Part shown: in pieces, positions 59,540-64,000 of the stretch
How the letters are laid out: each line of letters starts with the position of its first letter
Numbering within the stretch: the first letter of the stretch is position 1
NCBI GenBank assembly: GCA_965203805.1
Contig: OZ241917.1
Span: 1-64,000, forward strand
DNA: 64,000 bases
Source of the DNA: Candidatus Latescibacterota bacterium
GTDB taxonomy: Bacteria > Latescibacterota > UBA2968 > GCA-2709665
Direction: 5' to 3'
Program-made: the position numbers and the translations under genes
Notes under the pieces: model-generated
The model's database searches: none
What the model saw: only the letters and a program-made list of their open reading frames with translations
Told to the model about the DNA's origin: nothing

Positions 59540-60736
59540 ATGATGAGACGACTGAAACGGGTGTGGGTTCGGCTCGCGATGGTGGTCGGCGCTTCCGCGG
59601 CCGTGGCCGCTTGCGGAAAAACGCCTCCCACCGTCGACGACGACTTATACGAAGCGTATCCGGGGTTGCCCTACGGGATCATGATCACCCTCGCCGGCAC
59701 CGGGGACCCGGGCAGAAGTGCCGCGGGATCGGGTCCGCTTGACACGAACCTGTATTTTCCCCAGGATATGGCCGTGGGCCCCGGCGGCCGGACGTACATT
59801 CTGGACTGGAACAACAATCGGGTTGTCGTGATCGACAACGGAATCGTCCGTACCCTCATTGGCAACGGCGAACCGGGCAATGCCCGTGCGGGGCCCGCGC
59901 TGGAGACGGGGGTCGATCACCCGACCCATATTTCTTTCGATCTCCAGGGACGGCTGATTCTGTCGGCCTGGCAGAATTCCACGATCCTGAGGTATGACGC
60001 GACCTCCGGTCGCGTCGAACCGATTGCCGGGCGTGGCGACCGCGGTTTCGGGGGTGACGGCGGCCCCGCTCTCGAGGCCTCGCTGAACCTGCCGAGTTCC
60101 ACGGTATTCGACCCGGCCGGTCGCATGTATATCTCGGATCAGGGCAACCTTCGCATCCGAATGGTGGACCTTGACGGCGTGATCTCCACGATTGCGGGCA
60201 CCGGACGGGAGGGGTTTTCCGGGGACGGCGGTCCGGCCCACCTGGCCGACCTCTATGCGCCCACAGGCGACGCCGCGCACCCGGGGGGCCGGATTGCGAT
60301 GGATGGCAGGGGCAACCTTTACATCGCCGATACGTTCAACAACCGCATCCGAATGGTGGACGCCACGGGCAGGATCAGTACGGTGGCCGGCGGCGGAAGC
60401 ATCGGCCCAACCGCCGGTACGTATTCCGGAGACGGCGGCCCGGCAACTCAGGCCAGCCTTTCCCGCCCCAGCGACGTGGCCGTCGACACGGAGGGGAATC
60501 TGTATATTGCCGATACCGGCAACCACTGTATCCGAAAGGTGGATACGGAAGGGGTCATTAACACGCTTGCCGGCAGGTGCGGCGAGCCGGGATTCAAGGG
60601 CGACAGCGACCATCCCCGATGGGGCAAGCTCCGGAGTCCGTTCGGAGTGGCGCTCGACCGGGAGGAGAATCTGTACATCGCCGATACGTTCAACCACCGC
60701 ATCCGCGTGGTGTACAAGCACGTCGCCGAAAGATGA
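59540..60736 (+). CDS. NHL-repeat (beta-propeller) lipoprotein
   Basis: Lipobox VAA|C and repeated GDGGPA...L..P..VA.D..GNLYIADT.NHRIR units. Confidence 0.88.
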   Translation: MMRRLKRVWVRLAMVVGASAAVAACGKTPPTVDDDLYEAYPGLPYGIMITLAGTGDPGRSAAGSGPLDTNLYFPQDMAVGPGGRTYILDWNNNRVVVIDNGIVRTLIGNGEPGNARAGPALETGVDHPTHISFDLQGRLILSAWQNSTILRYDATSGRVEPIAGRGDRGFGGDGGPALEASLNLPSSTVFDPAGRMYISDQGNLRIRMVDLDGVISTIAGTGREGFSGDGGPAHLADLYAPTGDAAHPGGRIAMDGRGNLYIADTFNNRIRMVDATGRISTVAGGGSIGPTAGTYSGDGGPATQASLSRPSDVAVDTEGNLYIADTGNHCIRKVDTEGVINTLAGRCGEPGFKGDSDHPRWGKLRSPFGVALDREENLYIADTFNHRIRVVYKHVAER

Positions 60737-60801
60737 TCCGTCGGGCATTCGGCTGGAGAAGAGGAATCGGGGACCGGATACCGTTCTCTGAGGTTTCGAT
60801 T

Positions 60802-61302
60802 ATGGGTGGAATGCAGCTGCTCCGGATAACCGGTTTCGTACTGTCCGCGGGTCTGTGCATTTTCTTTGGTGATACCGCCGCCGCGGGCGATGGACCCGAT
60901 CCACTGCCCCGGGTGCAGGTCGTCACGCTCGAGGGAGATACGCTGAGTCTGGCCGACGTCTGCAAGGACAGGACATCCTTTGTCTATCTGTGGGCAACCT
61001 GGTGCAAGACGTGCAAAAGGGAGTTGAAGCACGTCTACAAGCTGAGGAAGAAATACGGAGACAGGGTGCAGGTCTTCGGCATCGCGTGGAAGAACAGCGC
61101 GGAGGAAATACAGACCTACTTCTCAGACAAGAAGGATTCGCTGCACAGCTATATCGATTCGGATGGCCGGGTGTTCGAAGCCTTCGAGACCCGCTTGACG
61201 CCCACGGTTGTCATCGTAAACGCCCGGGGAGAGGTCGTTTTCTCGGGGTACGGTTCGTTTCGGAAATACAGGAAAATACTTGAAAAGGCATTGAAGGGGT
61301 AG
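60802..61302 (+). CDS. TlpA/ResA-like exported thiol:disulfide oxidoreductase
   Basis: Signal peptide, WATWCKTCKRE active site and a cis-Pro TPT motif. Confidence 0.88.
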   Translation: MGGMQLLRITGFVLSAGLCIFFGDTAAAGDGPDPLPRVQVVTLEGDTLSLADVCKDRTSFVYLWATWCKTCKRELKHVYKLRKKYGDRVQVFGIAWKNSAEEIQTYFSDKKDSLHSYIDSDGRVFEAFETRLTPTVVIVNARGEVVFSGYGSFRKYRKILEKALKG

Positions 61303-61316
61303 TCGCCGGAGGATCC

Positions 61317-62297
61317 ATGACCATGAGCCGCACGATACGTGGAATCACGTTATTTCTGTTTGCCCAACTAGTTCTTGCAACCCAGCCCGTTCAGGCGCAG
61401 CCCGGCGTGAGCTGACGCCGTCCCGTGCTCCCGGGCGGGAGAATGCTGCAGGGCAGTCTGATCACCAAAGACCTGCTGGTTCTGAGCGTGAATTACGAGT
61501 ATGAGTACCTGGGAGATGCGATGTACGGTACCGGGCCGATACCCAACATCAACCAGGAAGTGACCAGCATGTCCACAGTGTCCGTATTCGCCAGTTACGG
61601 GGTCAAGGACTGGTTCGGCGCCGCCGTGGTTCTACCGTTTCGTTCCATAACCAACGATAAAATCCTCCTTCCCGGTCAGTACGACAACCAGTATCAGGGC
61701 GGCGAATACATCCGGCATGCCGCGGGCCTCGGCGACGTCGTTCTGATGTTGAACTTTGCTCCACCACTGCCGGAATCGTTGCCAGGCCTGCTCTTTTCTG
61801 CAGGTGTCAAGCTCGCGAACGGGTCGACCCACGCGGTCGACGAATACGGCGAGCGCTTCGCCGACCTGCTGCAGGTGGGGTCAGGAAGCATGGATCCCAT
61901 TTTCTCGGTCAGTCTGTCGCGCGCATTCGACAACCTGTTTTTCAACGGTATGCTGTTCACCCGCATTATTTCCCGCGAGAATGTATACGGCTACAAATAC
62001 GGGAACGAGTTTCAGGGCATCTTTTCGATGGAGTATATGCACGGGGAAAAGCTCATTGCGGGTGTCAGCATGAACCACGTCTACACGTCGCGCGATTATT
62101 TCCAATATGGAAAGATCGCCCGAAAACGCGGCGGCACCTGGCTGTATCTTGCACCGAAGCTGGGCATACGGGCAACGGAGAATCTGAGCCTCGAGGCCCG
62201 GCTGCCGCTGCCGGTCTATCAGAACGTGAACGAAAGCCAGTTGACGTCCGACTACCAGCTCCACGTAGGCGCCACGTATCACTTTTTCGCACGCTAG
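61317..62297 (+). CDS. Outer-membrane beta-barrel (MetA-pathway/'transporter'-like), predicted selenoprotein with in-frame UGA at codon 33
   Basis: SD GGAGG, then MTMSRTIRGITLFLFAQLVLATQPVQA|QPGVS-TGA-RRPVLPGG, in frame with the tracked ORF 61425-62297. Body has GLGDV, GVKL..G, LQVGSGS.D and YKYGN motifs and a terminal beta-strand with aromatic residues. Confidence 0.75.
61416..61454 (+). promoter_or_regulatory. Candidate bacterial SECIS element
   Basis: Stem CTCCC(61428-32)/GGGAG(61437-41) with a G-starting loop GGGC, 17 nt after the UGA. A plausible lower stem extends to about 61454. Confidence 0.55.
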
Positions 62298-62338
62298 GGG
62301 CCGCCTCGCGTCGTTTCGGGTAGCGTCCGGAGGCTTCC

Positions 62339-63073
62339 GTGGCACCCAGAGAAACCGAAAAAATGTGGGTCGCTCTGGCGCCGTTCTACGACGTGATGTA
62401 TCAGTGGAAGGATTACCGGGCCGAGTCGGAGCAAGTACATCAGATGATCCAGGCAAGGCGCGTGTCATCCGGCCGTTCTCTGCTGGACGTCGCGTGCGGG
62501 ACCGGGGAACACGTCCGGTTCTTGCGGGAGCACTACGACGTAACCGGACTGGATCTGAACCGTGAGATGTTGAAGGTGGCGCGCAGCAAGAATCCCGGCA
62601 TCCCTCTGCGTTGTCGCGACATGACCTCCTTCGACCTGAAACGCCGCTTCGACGCCGTCGTCTGCCTGTTCAGTTCGATCGCTTACGTCAGGACCTACCG
62701 GAATCTTGGACGGTCGATCGCGTGTTTCGAAAAACACCTGAAACCGGGCGGCGTACTTGTCATCGAGCCCTTTTTCACGACCGAGACGTTTCTGCCGGGG
62801 TCGATACACGGCGGCACCATGGAAGGAAAGGGTGTCAGAATCTCCAGGCACAGCGTGAGCAGGCGCCGCGGAAACCTGGCCGTTCTCGATTTCCATTTTC
62901 TCCTATCCACAAAAAAGGGCGTACGATACTTCCACGATACCCACGAACTGGCGCTCTTCGACCGGTCGCGGTTCCTTGAAATCCTTTCGAACGCCGGGCT
63001 CCGCACCTGGTATTGCGAGGATGGATTGACGCCGGGTCGAGGGCTGTACGTGTCGTTGAAAGCGCTCCCGTAA
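62339..63073 (+). CDS. Class I SAM-dependent methyltransferase
   Basis: LLDVACGTG, GLDLN, FDAVVCLFSSI and HLKPGGVLVIEP. Confidence 0.9.
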   Translation: MAPRETEKMWVALAPFYDVMYQWKDYRAESEQVHQMIQARRVSSGRSLLDVACGTGEHVRFLREHYDVTGLDLNREMLKVARSKNPGIPLRCRDMTSFDLKRRFDAVVCLFSSIAYVRTYRNLGRSIACFEKHLKPGGVLVIEPFFTTETFLPGSIHGGTMEGKGVRISRHSVSRRRGNLAVLDFHFLLSTKKGVRYFHDTHELALFDRSRFLEILSNAGLRTWYCEDGLTPGRGLYVSLKALP

Positions 63074-63132
63074 GCCGCCTGCCCGCGTCGCGGGTGGGGC
63101 TGAAACCGTTGAACCCCACAACGTTTCCTCCT

Positions 63133-63160
63133 TTGACATCCTGCGGCCCTTCCGTATTAT
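63133..63160 (+). promoter_or_regulatory. sigma70-type promoter of the glxD-like gene
   Basis: TTGACA-N16-TATTAT. Confidence 0.6.
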
Positions 63161-63258
63161 CTACCGCTTACCCCCTGACGGACAGACGACTGAACGCATA
63201 AACGTGCGCAGCTTTCGGGTCCACGATTCTCCGAAGCCGACGCCAGGAGTGACGGGTT

Positions 63259-64000
63259 ATGGATACACCCGGCAATGACGTTTCCGGAAATGGCCGGCAC
63301 GACCGGAACCCCCAGGTTCTGGGCAGGAATTTCATGTTTCCGCCCCACGTGATCGACGATATCCACATCAAGGCGAATCTGGGGCGGTACCGCATGCGGG
63401 GCATGGCGCTTTTCAAGCAGATTCCATCGTGGGACGACCTGACGTTTCTTCCCGGCACGCTCACAAGGTTCGTGATCGAGGGATACCGCGAGAAATGTGA
63501 GACACGGACCGTGATCGGGCCCGGGGCCGAACGGCCGCTCGTTCTGGATATTCCCATCTACATTACGGGCATGAGCTTCGGCGCGTTGTCCTACGAGGCG
63601 AAAGTGGCGCTGGCGAGAGGGGCCACGATGGCGGGAACCGCGACCTGCTCGGGAGAAGGCGGCATGCTGCCCGATGAGCGCCGGTATTCCGAGAAGTGGC
63701 TCTACCAGTGCATCCAGTCCCGCTACGGGTTCAACCCGCACCACATGCGTCTCGCCGACGGCGTGGAGTTCTTCATCGGACAGGGATGCAAGGTGGGGCT
63801 CGGCGGACACCTGATGGGCCAGAAAGTAACCGACCAGGTGGCTGAAATGCGTTCGCTGCCCGCGGGGATCGACCAGCGTTCGCCGGCGAGGCACCCGGAC
63901 TGGCTGGGCCCCGACGACCTTGCCCTGAAGATCGAAGAGATCCGGGAGGCGACCAACTGGCAGGTGCCCATTCAATTGAAACTCGGCGCGGCCCGGGTCT
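63259..64000 (+). CDS. FMN-binding glutamate synthase family protein, GlxD/MgsC-like (3' truncated by the window)
   Basis: Not in the ORF track. Manual translation gives GMSFGALSYEAK, SGEGGM, GQGCKVGLGGHLMGQKV and RSPARHPDW.GPDDL..KI.EIRE. Confidence 0.85.
   Translation, partial: MDTPGNDVSGNGRHDRNPQVLGRNFMFPPHVIDDIHIKANLGRYRMRGMALFKQIPSWDDLTFLPGTLTRFVIEGYREKCETRTVIGPGAERPLVLDIPIYITGMSFGALSYEAKVALARGATMAGTATCSGEGGMLPDERRYSEKWLYQCIQSRYGFNPHHMRLADGVEFFIGQGCKVGLGGHLMGQKVTDQVAEMRSLPAGIDQRSPARHPDWLGPDDLALKIEEIREATNWQVPIQLKLGAARV

Noticed and set aside
61425-62297. ORF-track start of the beta-barrel at GTG 61425
   Set aside because: No SD and no signal peptide; an in-frame signal peptide with a good SD lies upstream of a single TGA.
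63161-63258. Possible riboswitch (e.g. ZTP) in the glxD-like leader
   Set aside because: Only two small hairpins and a partial GCCGACGCC match; the key GACTGGCG and CCTGGG motifs are absent.
63157-63975. 272-aa minus-strand ORF
   Set aside because: Shadow of the plus-strand glxD-like gene starting at 63259.
1-64000. CRISPR arrays, tRNA/rRNA genes, transposases, integrases, prophage or defence genes
   Set aside because: No regularly spaced repeats, cloverleaf signatures or matching protein motifs were seen; the NHL and ankyrin repeats are protein-coding.

Overview
Gene-dense, GC-rich bacterial chromosomal window with about 58 CDS. I saw no rRNA, tRNA or CRISPR array. Gene content suggests an FCB-superphylum organism such as Latescibacterota/Gemmatimonadota, possibly a sponge or marine symbiont (inference from a GWxTD protein, a region-1.1-less sigma70, a TonB receptor, PhyH, and ankyrin and NHL lipoproteins). 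The left two-thirds is mostly housekeeping: larC (partial), an M23 peptidase, rlmN, murA, cca, a bpsA-like/DUF2156/cysC/murD operon, sigma70, folB-folK-dNK-panB-panC, sodA-Prx-HesB, and rny-nuoI-iscU-like-queG-miaB-lipA-Rieske. The right third is accessory: a fused IOR, a plant-HPR1-like dehydrogenase, an amide/lactam hydrolase cluster, tandem ankyrin lipoproteins with large loop inserts, and a partial glxD-like gene. The top finding is a probable selenoprotein missed by the ORF track. It is an outer-membrane beta-barrel (61317-62297) whose signal peptide is joined to the barrel through one in-frame TGA, followed by a SECIS-like hairpin, in an operon with an NHL lipoprotein, a TlpA-like redoxin and a methyltransferase. 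Other findings are two copies of a MITE-like element with co-varying terminal repeats, two long same-strand gene overlaps, and a Cys-depleted IscU. All family assignments come from motif recognition; no database search was run.
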